Shown here: positions 51,119 to 61,068 of the stretch, in pieces | Position numbering within the stretch: position 1 is the stretch's first letter | Layout: each line of letters opens with the position of its first letter | DNA from: Pedobacter schmidteae | GTDB taxonomy: Bacteria > Bacteroidota > Bacteroidia > Sphingobacteriales > Sphingobacteriaceae | Reading direction: 5' to 3' | DNA: 64,000 nucleotides | Assembly (NCBI GenBank): GCA_945901155.1 | Contig: CAMDKO010000003.1 | Coordinates: 848-64,847, forward strand | The notes under the pieces: model-generated | Database searches by the model: none | Told to the model about the DNA's origin: nothing | What the model saw: only the letters and a program-made list of their open reading frames with translations | Translations under genes and position numbers: made by a program

Positions 51119-52363
51119 ATGGCATTAAACTACATCTGGATTGGCTTCTTTGTAATTGCATTTGTTGTAGCAATTGTAAAGCTTATCGTATTTGGAGATA
51201 CCAGCATTTTCAATAATGTGGTCAATGGAATGTTTGACAGTGCAAAAACAGGTGCTGAGATCTCTATTGGGCTGATTGGAATCATGACCTTCTGGTTAGG
51301 CATAATGAAAATCGGAGAACGGGCAGGAATGATCACACTTTTTGCCCGCGGTGTAAATCCGTTTTTCAGCAGATTGTTTCCTGAAGTACCAAAAAACCAT
51401 CCTGCAAATGGTTCTATTATCATGAACTTTTCGGCAAATATGCTGGGCTTAGATAATGCTGCAACACCGGTTGGCTTAAAGGCCATGCAGGAATTACAGG
51501 AATTAAACCCCCAGAAAGATACAGCCAGTAATGCGCAGATCATGTTCCTTGTTCTTAATACCGCTGGAATTACATTAATCCCTACGGGAGTAATTGCTTT
51601 AAGAATGGCTAATGGTGCGGCTAACCCTGCAGATGTATTCATTCCCTGCCTGATTGGCACTTTCATTTCATTCCTAGCGGGAATGATCGCGGTAGCTATC
51701 TACCAAAAGATCAATCTCTTTCAGCTACCAATACTCATTTTCTTTGGTAGTTTCATTGCATTAATGTCTGGGCTGTATTTTTGGCTTGGCTCACTTCCGT
51801 CAGAACAGATTCAAATATATGCGGGTCTTTTAGGTGGTATAATTATTTTTTCAATCATTACTCTGTTTATTGCTTATGGTGCATCAAAAAAAGTGAATGT
51901 GTATGAAGCCTTTATCGATGGAGCAAAAGAAGGTTTCAGTACCTCAATTATGATCATACCATTTCTTATTGCAATACTTGTTGCCATAAGTACTTTTCGC
52001 ACAACCGGTTGCATGGATTATGTAGTGAATGCTATTGGTTCATTGGTAGCTTTATCCGGACTTGACACATCGTTTGTTCCAGCTTTACCAGTAGGATTAA
52101 TGAAAACATTAAGCGGTGGAGGTGCCAGAGGATTAATGGTTGATGTAATGAAAACCTATGGTGCAGATTCATTTCAGGGCAGACTTGCAAGTATCATTCA
52201 GGGATCTTCAGAAACTACTTTTTATGTTCTTGCGGTATATTTTGGCTCAGTAGGGATCAAAAAACCAAGATATGCCATTATTTGCGGATTGATAGCCGAT
52301 CTTGTTGGTCTGATCGCTGCGATATTCCTGGCCTATTTATTCTTTGGACATACGATAAAATAA
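51119..52363 (+). CDS. SpmA/SpmB-like fused membrane protein (nucleoside-recognition gate domains)
   Basis: NFSANMLGLDNAATP, KAMQELQ, SSETTFYVLAVYFG motifs. Confidence 0.9.
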   Translation: MALNYIWIGFFVIAFVVAIVKLIVFGDTSIFNNVVNGMFDSAKTGAEISIGLIGIMTFWLGIMKIGERAGMITLFARGVNPFFSRLFPEVPKNHPANGSIIMNFSANMLGLDNAATPVGLKAMQELQELNPQKDTASNAQIMFLVLNTAGITLIPTGVIALRMANGAANPADVFIPCLIGTFISFLAGMIAVAIYQKINLFQLPILIFFGSFIALMSGLYFWLGSLPSEQIQIYAGLLGGIIIFSIITLFIAYGASKKVNVYEAFIDGAKEGFSTSIMIIPFLIAILVAISTFRTTGCMDYVVNAIGSLVALSGLDTSFVPALPVGLMKTLSGGGARGLMVDVMKTYGADSFQGRLASIIQGSSETTFYVLAVYFGSVGIKKPRYAIICGLIADLVGLIAAIFLAYLFFGHTIK

Positions 52364-52494
52364 TATTCATTTAAGATTTCCCTATCTTGATCATAGTTGA
52401 ATAACCTCTTGCAATTAATATTTTCTTAAGAGTAAGCGTCTTTCAGGTTTCAAAATATTATGCCGGAATGCTAAAATATTACTCATGTAGTTTA

Positions 52495-53751
52495 CTATCC
52501 AAACAATAAAATAGCAATAATTAAAGTTACGATGACATTAAACCCCTGTGCTATCAGAAACGCAAAAAATGGCTTTTTACTCTGTTTAGAAAACAAATCG
52601 GCAAAATTGGTTTCCAGTCCAATACTGGTAAATGCCAAGGCAAACCATAAACCCTGCAAGTTTTTAAGACTCCCTTTTATGGTACTTATCGAATCTTGAC
52701 TCAACAAAAATGAAAAAACAAGTGATGCTGCAATAAATCCTAAAACAAATTTTGGAAATCTATCCCAAATAACTTTCAATGTTGGCTTAGAAGCTATTTC
52801 GCCTGCTACAAGATTCTTCCTATAAGACCAATAAATAGATATCGCAAAAGCAGCCAGACCCAAAAGTACATTTTGAGAAAATTTAATAATGGTACTTATC
52901 TTCAGGGCTGTTTCACCAACCAATGAACCCGATGCAACTACTGCTCCTGTTGTATCAATACTACCTCCCAGCCATGCACCTGTAACTTCTTCAGATAAAC
53001 CATAATACTTAGCTATAATAGGCATAAAAATCATCATCGGTATGGCAGTAATCAAAACCATTGAAATCACATATGATAATTTTTTAGAATCACCTTTAAT
53101 GGCACCTGAGGTTGCAATTGCCGCTGATACTCCACAAATAGACACCGCACTAGAAATCATCATAGTCAGTTCATCATCTATCTTAAGTTTTTTACATAAC
53201 CAAAATGCGAAATACCATACTGATAAAACAACAATAAGGGCCTGAATTAAACCTAATGAGCCCGCTTTTAAAATATCTGAAAATATTACACTGGTTCCAA
53301 GTAAAACAAGGCCAATTTTAACAAACAATTCGGTTGAAAGTGATGATCGTAACCAGTCAGGAAGTTTAAAAAAATTGCCAATTATAAGTCCTAAAGTCAG
53401 GCTAAAGATGACTGCTTCAAGATTGACAGATTTTACAGCCGCATTTCCAGCCAGTACCAAAGCAAAAATGGTAATCAAATAAACTACAGGAAAACCTAAA
53501 GCAAAATTTTTCACAGATTTACCTGAAAGAATTGCACCAAGAATTGCTACAAGAAGCACAAATATCAATTGATAAGCAATCAGACTTAAGTTTCCAGGTT
53601 CTAAAACATTTTGAAAAAGTTCAGTAGCATTCGCCCAGTTAAATACCGGAACTTTTAAAACGACACCAAATAATGAAATAATGATGATCAGAGCGCCGAG
53701 GATAACTACTGTCCAGTCCTCTTGAATTTCAAACCTTTTTTGTTCAGACAT
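52495..53751 (-). CDS. YeiH / putative sulfate exporter family membrane protein
   Basis: VKIGLVLLG, SICGVSAAIA, GAWLGGSIDTTGAVVA motifs; start placed at ATG 53751 (MSEQK). Confidence 0.85.
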   Translation of the reverse strand: MSEQKRFEIQEDWTVVILGALIIIISLFGVVLKVPVFNWANATELFQNVLEPGNLSLIAYQLIFVLLVAILGAILSGKSVKNFALGFPVVYLITIFALVLAGNAAVKSVNLEAVIFSLTLGLIIGNFFKLPDWLRSSLSTELFVKIGLVLLGTSVIFSDILKAGSLGLIQALIVVLSVWYFAFWLCKKLKIDDELTMMISSAVSICGVSAAIATSGAIKGDSKKLSYVISMVLITAIPMMIFMPIIAKYYGLSEEVTGAWLGGSIDTTGAVVASGSLVGETALKISTIIKFSQNVLLGLAAFAISIYWSYRKNLVAGEIASKPTLKVIWDRFPKFVLGFIAASLVFSFLLSQDSISTIKGSLKNLQGLWFALAFTSIGLETNFADLFSKQSKKPFFAFLIAQGFNVIVTLIIAILLFG

Positions 53752-54001
53752 AATTTTTTTTTGAAATATTCTATTAAATATATCATTTAGTACTTGTATT
53801 GAAGTATAATAACCGCACATACCATGATCATACTCTCCCAAAAATATAATGAATTGAGTTTAAGTACCATGATCAAAACTAAAATCATCAAAAAATATTA
53901 ACCAAATGATAGATTTACACATGCAGGATCAAAATACTCAGCAAAAGAAATTGATTATTTAGGAATATTTACTCCTACAGAATATAGAATTCCAAAAAAT
54001 T

Positions 54002-54871
54002 CTATTTCTTATATTTTAATTGCACAGGAAGTGAATCTAAAGCAAAATACGTATGATCTACTATCTTTCCTTTCACGTTTATAATTCTAAATCCTGAACT
54101 ATCTGCACCTAAGGGCCTACCTACGGGGCCGGTTGTGATCATTTCCATTTCGCCAAATTTGCCATAGGCATTACGATGGTAGTGTCCGGCAAACACCTGT
54201 TTAATACCATATGTTTTGAAAAGCTCAAGATAAATTTTACGTCGCTCAGCGTTAATATTAAAATACTCATCCGCTTCATTAGAATCTTTGAGAAACAAGG
54301 AATGATGCATGAAAACCATTATATTCCTAGCATTTGACTTTTTCGCATCCTTAAGTACTTGAATCAACCATTCCAATTGGTTTGCAGCTTCAATAGGTGC
54401 AAGTGAAGGATCTTTGATCAGAGAAGAATTTAGGATGATACCCAATATATTTCCGGAACGAAAAGTGTAGCGATCATCTCCAAAATGTTTTTTATAAAGA
54501 GCTAAACTTGCAAGGGTGGGTACATTTTCAACATCGTGATTACCCGAAACACTGTATAATTTAATTGAGGGATCCAGTTTAGCGGCAATCCGCTTATATT
54601 CTGCTATCTGTGCAAGATCGCCGGGCTTATTAACCAAATCACCACAGATTACAACAAAGGCAGGTTTTAAACGGTTCGACTCAGCAATTGCCTTTTCCAT
54701 ATTGACAGTTTCTCGGCTAAACTCTTTATTAGCATTAAAAAAACCAAACTGGGTATCTGCCATTTGGAAAAATGTTAATTTGCTAGCAGGTCCAATTGAT
54801 GAACATGCACTAATAAACATTAAAAATAGAATAAGCAAGGATTTACTAAGAGTGGCTAAGGTTCTAATCAT
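54002..54871 (-). CDS. Calcineurin-like metallophosphoesterase lipoprotein (CPPED1-like)
   Basis: Lipobox ISAC; ADTQFG, GDLVN, GNHD, HH and GHYH motifs. Confidence 0.88.
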   Translation of the reverse strand: MIRTLATLSKSLLILFLMFISACSSIGPASKLTFFQMADTQFGFFNANKEFSRETVNMEKAIAESNRLKPAFVVICGDLVNKPGDLAQIAEYKRIAAKLDPSIKLYSVSGNHDVENVPTLASLALYKKHFGDDRYTFRSGNILGIILNSSLIKDPSLAPIEAANQLEWLIQVLKDAKKSNARNIMVFMHHSLFLKDSNEADEYFNINAERRKIYLELFKTYGIKQVFAGHYHRNAYGKFGEMEMITTGPVGRPLGADSSGFRIINVKGKIVDHTYFALDSLPVQLKYKK

Positions 54872-55062
54872 TTTTAAATATCATTATCTAGGATGAGTAA
54901 AACAATAAATTTTGATTTTATTGATATATATTCTACCTGAAATCTATTCCTATTCTTCAAAAAATACAATAATTTTTCAGCAACAACTATATTATTGTAA
55001 CGTTAATAGAACAGCCCTTGCCTACAATTTTATAAATTGCAGCAAAAATAATTAAAACCATT

Positions 55063-56241
55063 ATGAAAGAAGTTTATATCCTATCTGCGGTAAGAACTCC
55101 TATTGGAAGTTTCGGTGGACTACTATCTTCTTTAACAGCCAGTCAGCTAGGTGCTATAGCCATTAAAGCTGCCGTTAAACGTGCAGGAATTAATTCGGAA
55201 CAAGTACAGGAAGTGATCATGGGCAATGTATTATCTGCAAATATTGGACAAGCTCCAGCAACTCAGGCTTCAAAGTTCGCCGGACTACCGGATATTCCCT
55301 CAACTACCATAAATAAGGTTTGTGCATCAGGCACAAAAGCAATCATGTTAGCTGCTCAAAGTATCGCTTTAGGTCAGAATGATATTGTTATTGCAGGTGG
55401 CATGGAAAGCATGAGCAATGTTCCCTACTACCTAGATAAAGCCAGAAATGGTTATCGGCTTGGCGATGGGAAGATCATCGATGGCCTTGTGAAAGACGGA
55501 TTATGGGATGTTTATAATGACTACCATATGGGAACTGCTGCTGAATTATGTGCTGCAGATTGCAATATAAGCCGGGAAGACCAGGATGCCTATGCAATAG
55601 AATCCTATAAACGATCACAGTCTGCCCAATTAGAAGGCAAATTCAAAAATGAGATCGCAGCAGTTGAAATTAATGACAGAAAAGGCGAAATAAGTGTGGT
55701 TGAGACTGATGAGGAGGTCAATAACGTAAAATTTGATAAAATCCCATCATTGAAAACTGTTTTCAAAAAAGATGGGACTGTAACTGCGGCCAACGCTTCG
55801 ACGCTAAATGATGGTGCAGCGGCACTGGTATTAATGAGTAAAGAAAAAGCAGAAGAACTTGGTTTAAAGCCTTTGGCAAGAATTATTTCGTATGCAGATG
55901 CACAGCAGGCACCGGAATGGTTTACTACAACCCCATCTAAAGCTATTCCAATTGCTTTAGAACGTGCAGGAATTCAGACAAGTGATGTAGATTATTTCGA
56001 AATCAATGAAGCTTTTTCTGTAGTTTCATTGGCAAATAACAGAATTATGAAGCTTGATTCGGCAAGAGTAAATGTGAATGGTGGTGCTGTTTCAATGGGA
56101 CACCCTCTTGGAGCATCTGGTGCAAGAATAGTAGTTACTCTAATCCATGTACTTCAGCAAAATATGGGTAAAATTGGGGTTGCAGCTATTTGCAACGGTG
56201 GTGGTGGCGCAAGTGCACTAGTTATTGAAAATCTACACTAA
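55063..56241 (+). CDS. Acetyl-CoA C-acyltransferase (thiolase)
   Basis: NKVCASG, NASTLNDGAA, EINEAF, GHPLGASG and CNGGGG motifs. Confidence 0.96.
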   Translation: MKEVYILSAVRTPIGSFGGLLSSLTASQLGAIAIKAAVKRAGINSEQVQEVIMGNVLSANIGQAPATQASKFAGLPDIPSTTINKVCASGTKAIMLAAQSIALGQNDIVIAGGMESMSNVPYYLDKARNGYRLGDGKIIDGLVKDGLWDVYNDYHMGTAAELCAADCNISREDQDAYAIESYKRSQSAQLEGKFKNEIAAVEINDRKGEISVVETDEEVNNVKFDKIPSLKTVFKKDGTVTAANASTLNDGAAALVLMSKEKAEELGLKPLARIISYADAQQAPEWFTTTPSKAIPIALERAGIQTSDVDYFEINEAFSVVSLANNRIMKLDSARVNVNGGAVSMGHPLGASGARIVVTLIHVLQQNMGKIGVAAICNGGGGASALVIENLH

Positions 56242-56247
56242 GAATAC

Positions 56248-57138
56248 ATGAAGCAAGTATTACTGATCTGTTGCCTTTTCTTTTTTTTATTTACTAAAGC
56301 TTTAGGCCAGCCTTCAGGCAATAATAACCAACAGCAATTAATTGCATTTCAGGATAGTCTGAAACAGATTAGCTATAAAATGGTTAATGACAGCATAGAA
56401 CCTGAACGGTATAATGCAAGTTACAAATTGATAAAAACTCTATTAACGGCCTTAAAAACACCTTATTCTTTCGATTTTACTTTTGATTCTGTAAAATCAA
56501 TTTCAATTCAGTCGTCGTCAGATAAACGATTTAGGATTTTTAGCTGGCATGTGATGAATAATGATGGAAGCTACAGATATTATGGAACTATCCAAATGAA
56601 TAAGCCTGATGGTAAGCTAGAATTGCTTCCATTGATTGATTATACCTCCGTTTTTAAGAACCCATCTGATAGTATTACAACTAATGATAAGTGGTTTGGT
56701 GCTCAATATTATAAAATAATTCCAGTATTAAACAATGTTCCAATTCCTTATTATGTATTGCTTGGATGGAAGGGAAACACGATTAAATCAACAAAGAAAA
56801 TCATAGAAATTCTTTATTTTAAAGATGGAAAGGCACATTTTGGGATGCCTGTATTTGATGGAGATCCAGATAATTTAGGAAAAAAGCGAATCATCTTTGA
56901 GTATGATAGAAGAGCTTCTATGTTTTTGAATGATGAGCCTACGATAAATACAATCGTTTTTGACCATCTGGCTCCACCCGATCCGAAACTAAAAGGAAAG
57001 TTTGAACTGTATGGCCCTGATTTCTCTTATGATGGATTTAAACTGGTTAATGGCCGATGGAAATTTGTACAAGACCTTGAACTAAAAAACAATCCAACAG
57101 ATCAGGATGATAACTTCAATGACCCTAAAAAGTTGTAG
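56248..57138 (+). CDS. Secreted hypothetical protein
   Basis: Long ORF with signal peptide; FRIFSW, IVFDHLAP and GPDFSYDGF; no function recognised. Confidence 0.8.
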   Translation: MKQVLLICCLFFFLFTKALGQPSGNNNQQQLIAFQDSLKQISYKMVNDSIEPERYNASYKLIKTLLTALKTPYSFDFTFDSVKSISIQSSSDKRFRIFSWHVMNNDGSYRYYGTIQMNKPDGKLELLPLIDYTSVFKNPSDSITTNDKWFGAQYYKIIPVLNNVPIPYYVLLGWKGNTIKSTKKIIEILYFKDGKAHFGMPVFDGDPDNLGKKRIIFEYDRRASMFLNDEPTINTIVFDHLAPPDPKLKGKFELYGPDFSYDGFKLVNGRWKFVQDLELKNNPTDQDDNFNDPKKL

Positions 57139-57450
57139 GTTATAGGTTGTAGGTTATAAGTTTTAAGGATAAAGCTGAAAGCTAAAAGGTGAAAGCTGAA
57201 AGCCTAATTTAGCTTCATTTCATAGTAGCACTTCAGACCTCATACTTCATACTTCAGACCTCAGACAACTGAATCAAGAGCCAAGAGCCAAGACAAAGGA
57301 TCAAAGACAAAGGACAATTCAGCGCAATTTTAAAATTTCTTGATTTTTGCCATGTTCAGACCTCAGACCTCAGACTTCAGACCTCATACCTCCGACAACA
57401 GACAACTGACAACTGACAACTGATAACAGACAACTGATAACAGATAACTA
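57131..57450 (+). repeat. Composite heptamer array E (five repeat families)
   Basis: GGTTRTA (57131-57165), AGCTGAA (to 57207), CTTCAGA/CCTCATA (about 57230-57270), CCAAGAG/CAAAGGA (57274-57316), CTCAGAC then AACTGAC/AACAGAT (57355-57450). Confidence 0.95.
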
Positions 57451-58698
57451 AGGCGATACCGCCTGCATCATCAATCCAGATATATAAGCACCATAAGTTC
57501 CTATAACATAGCCAAAAACAGCTAATAGCACTCCAATGGGAGCTAAAGAAGGGTGAAAGGCACTTGCAATTACAGGCGCAGAGGCAGGACCACCGATATT
57601 AGCCATACTACCAACCGCAAGGAAAAAGAAGGGTGTTTTAGTAAGCTTTGCAACAATAAAGATCACAATAGCATGAATCAGGATCCAAACTAAACCAACA
57701 ATAAGTATACCCGGCTTATTAAAAATAGCCATGATATTCATCTGCATACCAATTGTTGCAATCAAAACATACAGCAATACGCTTCCAATTCTTGAAGCTC
57801 CTGCTCCTTCCAGATTCCTGAGCTTGGTAAAAGAAAGTATCATACCTAAAGTTGTAGCTATTATTACTATCCAAAAAAACCCTGAAGTAAGACTAAATGC
57901 GCTTAAATAAGGTGCATTAATAGTGATCCATGGAGCAATATAATCTGCTCCGAAATGAGCAATACCTGTTATACCAAACCCAATGCCCAAAATCAAAAGA
58001 ATATCTTCCATTTTAGGAATTCTCATAATACTTTGCTGATAAGCTTCAATTTTATCTTTTATTTCAGTGACCGATTGATCATTAGCTTTTAAAAAGCTGT
58101 TGATCAGCATATTTTTACCTGCGCCAAATAGTAATAAAGCCATCCAGAGGTATGAAATGAATACATCAAGAGCCACCATGGCAGAAAATAGATCAGGGCT
58201 TGGCTTAAATATCTCATACATTGCTGCCTGGTTAGCACCCCCACCAATCCAAGTACCTGCAACGGTACTTAATCCTCTCCAAACCTCTTCAGCACCCTCA
58301 CCACCTACAATTTCAGGCGCAAACAATGAAATCAAAAAAACAGCTGCTGGACCACCTAGCATAATACTGATCGAAGCAGTTATAAACATTAAGCCTGCCT
58401 TTTTTCTTAACTTCCATATTTCACTCAAATCAAGGCTTAAAGTAAATAATACCAGACTAGCAGGTAAAAGATACCTGGATGCCATGGTATAAAGAGCGGA
58501 TGTTGTACCTGAAATAATACCCATTGAATTTAACAGGCCAGGTAGAAAATAGCAAAGCAGAATAGGTGGAATAAATGTATACAGTCTTTTAAAAAATGGA
58601 ATATTGCTTTCAGATGTCCAGAAGACCAATCCGAGAATACCCATAAGGATTCCTAATACAACTGCATCGTTCGTAATCAGGGCAGAATGATCTATCAT
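57448..58698 (-). CDS. DUF819 family membrane protein
   Basis: GTWIGGGANQAAM, GSMANIGGPASAP and GYVIGTY motifs. Confidence 0.88.
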   Translation of the reverse strand: MIDHSALITNDAVVLGILMGILGLVFWTSESNIPFFKRLYTFIPPILLCYFLPGLLNSMGIISGTTSALYTMASRYLLPASLVLFTLSLDLSEIWKLRKKAGLMFITASISIMLGGPAAVFLISLFAPEIVGGEGAEEVWRGLSTVAGTWIGGGANQAAMYEIFKPSPDLFSAMVALDVFISYLWMALLLFGAGKNMLINSFLKANDQSVTEIKDKIEAYQQSIMRIPKMEDILLILGIGFGITGIAHFGADYIAPWITINAPYLSAFSLTSGFFWIVIIATTLGMILSFTKLRNLEGAGASRIGSVLLYVLIATIGMQMNIMAIFNKPGILIVGLVWILIHAIVIFIVAKLTKTPFFFLAVGSMANIGGPASAPVIASAFHPSLAPIGVLLAVFGYVIGTYGAYISGLMMQAVSP

Positions 58699-58823
58699 TT
58701 ATGTAGATTTTTATTTAAAGAATATATAAAGCATCAATTTTAGTAAAATTTAATTATAATTGAGCTTTTTACTTCCTTAATCAATTACAAGATCTCAATA
58801 AACTAACCCATCAATTAAATTAT

Positions 58824-60185
58824 ATGGAATTACAACAAAAACAACTTTTTGGACATCCCAGGGGTTTATATATCCTGTTCCTTACAGAAATGTGGGAAAG
58901 ATTCAGTTTTTATGGAATGCGGGCACTTTTGGTGCTTTTCCTAGTTTCATCGGTTAATGGAGAAAATCCAGGATTTGGATGGACAAGTAGCGAGGCCTTA
59001 AAGTTGTATGGTATTTATACATTTCTTGTTTATTTATCGTCGATACCTGGCGGAATCCTTGCAGATAAATTAATCGGCCAAAAAAAGGCCGTAATTTTAG
59101 GTGGCATTCTTTTGGTTGCAGGGCATAGTATTCTTGCATTCCAGTCATTGATTACATTTTATGTAGGACTAGGATTAATAATTGCTGGAGTAGGCTGTTT
59201 AAAGCCAAACATTTCAACAATGGTTGGTGGTTTATATCCAAAAGGCGATGACCGTCGTGACAAAGGATTTACTATTTTTTATATTGGAATCAATGTTGGA
59301 GCATTCCTGGCAGGTATAATTATTGGATATGTAGGCGAAACCATGGGCTGGCATTATGGCTTTGGACTTGCGGGTATTGGAATGGCCATAGGTTTAATTA
59401 TTTTCATATTGGGTCATAAGTATCTTCAGGGAGTTGGAGAAGCAACTAAAACCCTATCTCTTGAAGATCAAGCAATAAAAAATAAGCCTCTTACAGCAAT
59501 AGAAAAAGATCGTGTTAAAGTGATGTTATTATCTTTCCTGATGATCATTGTATTCTGGGGAGCATTTGAGCAAGCCGGAGGTTTAATGAATCTATATGCT
59601 GCTGAAAAAACAAACAGAGTGATCGATTTTCTGAACTGGACTGTTCCTGCAACCTGGTTCCAGTCTGTCAATTCATTCTTTATTATAACATTGGGAATAC
59701 CAGTAGCGGCATTCTGGTTTAATAGAAAAAGAAATGGAAAAGAAGCATCATCTATATTCAAAATAGCCATTGGAGTAATTATCATGAGTTGGGGGTTCCT
59801 TTTCATGACAGCGGCTTCAGCTCAATATCAAAATGAAGGTTCTTCAGCAATGTACTGGCTTGTATTGGCGTACCTTTTCCACACCATTGGAGAACTCAGT
59901 GCATCACCTGTTGCTTTATCTTATATTACAAAACTAGCACCCATGAAATATGCTTCAATCATGATGGGTGTATTTTTCGCAGCTACTGGCTTGGGCAATT
60001 ATGTTGCTGGCTGGGTTGGTGTTTGGTCACAAACTGCAGGAGAATTTGAGATATTTATGGGAATAGCTATTTTCTGTACACTCATTGGAGGTATCGTTAT
60101 TTCTATCCTTAAACCATTAAAAAGGCTTGCGCATGGTGCTGAAGATTTCTCAGCAGAGACTATGGCATCCCTTAAAGCTGAATAA
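58824..60185 (+). CDS. Proton-dependent oligopeptide (POT) MFS transporter
   Basis: EMWERFSFYGMR, LKPNISTMVG, FYIGINVG and GELSASP motifs. Confidence 0.95.
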   Translation: MELQQKQLFGHPRGLYILFLTEMWERFSFYGMRALLVLFLVSSVNGENPGFGWTSSEALKLYGIYTFLVYLSSIPGGILADKLIGQKKAVILGGILLVAGHSILAFQSLITFYVGLGLIIAGVGCLKPNISTMVGGLYPKGDDRRDKGFTIFYIGINVGAFLAGIIIGYVGETMGWHYGFGLAGIGMAIGLIIFILGHKYLQGVGEATKTLSLEDQAIKNKPLTAIEKDRVKVMLLSFLMIIVFWGAFEQAGGLMNLYAAEKTNRVIDFLNWTVPATWFQSVNSFFIITLGIPVAAFWFNRKRNGKEASSIFKIAIGVIIMSWGFLFMTAASAQYQNEGSSAMYWLVLAYLFHTIGELSASPVALSYITKLAPMKYASIMMGVFFAATGLGNYVAGWVGVWSQTAGEFEIFMGIAIFCTLIGGIVISILKPLKRLAHGAEDFSAETMASLKAE

Positions 60186-60197
60186 TTAAAAAAGATA

Positions 60198-60230
60198 GAA
60201 TAGAGAGATGTTAAATGCATCTCTCTATTC
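60198..60230 (+). terminator. Terminator hairpin after the POT transporter
   Basis: 13-bp stem GAATAGAGAGATG / CATCTCTCTATTC. Confidence 0.75.
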
Positions 60231-60241
60231 GTTTAAAGCAG

Positions 60242-60249
60242 TATATTTG
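60242..60249 (+). promoter_or_regulatory. -7 promoter element of the GT2 gene
   Basis: TATATTTG, 19 nt before GTG 60269. Confidence 0.65.
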
Positions 60250-60268
60250 TAATCACAAATTTTAGTCC

Positions 60269-61018
60269 GTGTTATCAGACAGCCTTGTCATCATTCCAAC
60301 CTACAACGAGAAGGAAAATATCGAAAATATTATTCGAAAAGTGTTTTCCCTTCCTGATGTGTTCCATATTCTGATAGTTGATGACGGTTCGCCGGATGGG
60401 ACAGCAACCATTGTTAAGAGCCTTCAAAAAGAATTTGAGGGAATACTTCATATAGAAGAACGTAAAGGAAAACTAGGACTCGGAACAGCCTATATTCATG
60501 GTTTTAAATGGGCTCTTAAACAACAATATGAATATATTTTCGAAATGGATGCAGATTTTTCACATAATCCGAAAGATCTGATCAAATTAAAATCGGCCTG
60601 CATTGAGGGTTCTGATCTTGCCATTGGTTCAAGATATATAAAAGGAGTAAATGTGGTAAACTGGCCAATGAGCAGGGTTTTAATGTCTTATTTTGCTTCT
60701 GTTTATGTACGTTTAATTACCAGAATAACTATTCAAGATGCTACAGCTGGATTTAAATGCTACCGTCGTATTGTTCTTGAAACTATTCCTTTAGATAAAA
60801 TAAAGTTCATTGGATATGCATTTCAAATCGAAATGAAATTTACGGCAATCAAATTTGGTTTTAAGGTGAGCGAAGTCCCTATTATCTTCACTGATCGTAC
60901 AGAAGGGACTTCAAAAATGAGTACCCGTATTTTCAGAGAAGCCTTTTTAGGTGTGATACAGATTAAATTGACTAGTTTTTTCAGAGATTATTCTAGGAAT
61001 TTAGATTCGAAAAAATAA
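60269..61018 (+). CDS. Polyprenol-monophosphomannose synthase (GT2)
   Basis: IIPTYNE, VDDGSPDGT, GLGTAY, MDADFSH and FTDRTEGTSKM motifs. Confidence 0.92.
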   Translation: MLSDSLVIIPTYNEKENIENIIRKVFSLPDVFHILIVDDGSPDGTATIVKSLQKEFEGILHIEERKGKLGLGTAYIHGFKWALKQQYEYIFEMDADFSHNPKDLIKLKSACIEGSDLAIGSRYIKGVNVVNWPMSRVLMSYFASVYVRLITRITIQDATAGFKCYRRIVLETIPLDKIKFIGYAFQIEMKFTAIKFGFKVSEVPIIFTDRTEGTSKMSTRIFREAFLGVIQIKLTSFFRDYSRNLDSKK

Positions 61019-61068
61019 GAATTGAATTTTATATTTATATAACTAATTAACATTGACCTCCTGAACCT

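Noticed and set aside
51130-51666. Antisense or overlapping ORFs in the track (e.g. 51130-51666, 22895-23299, 58100-58492, 32784-33137, 59468-59806)
   Set aside because: They lie wholly within well-supported genes, have no motifs, and are typical shadow frames.
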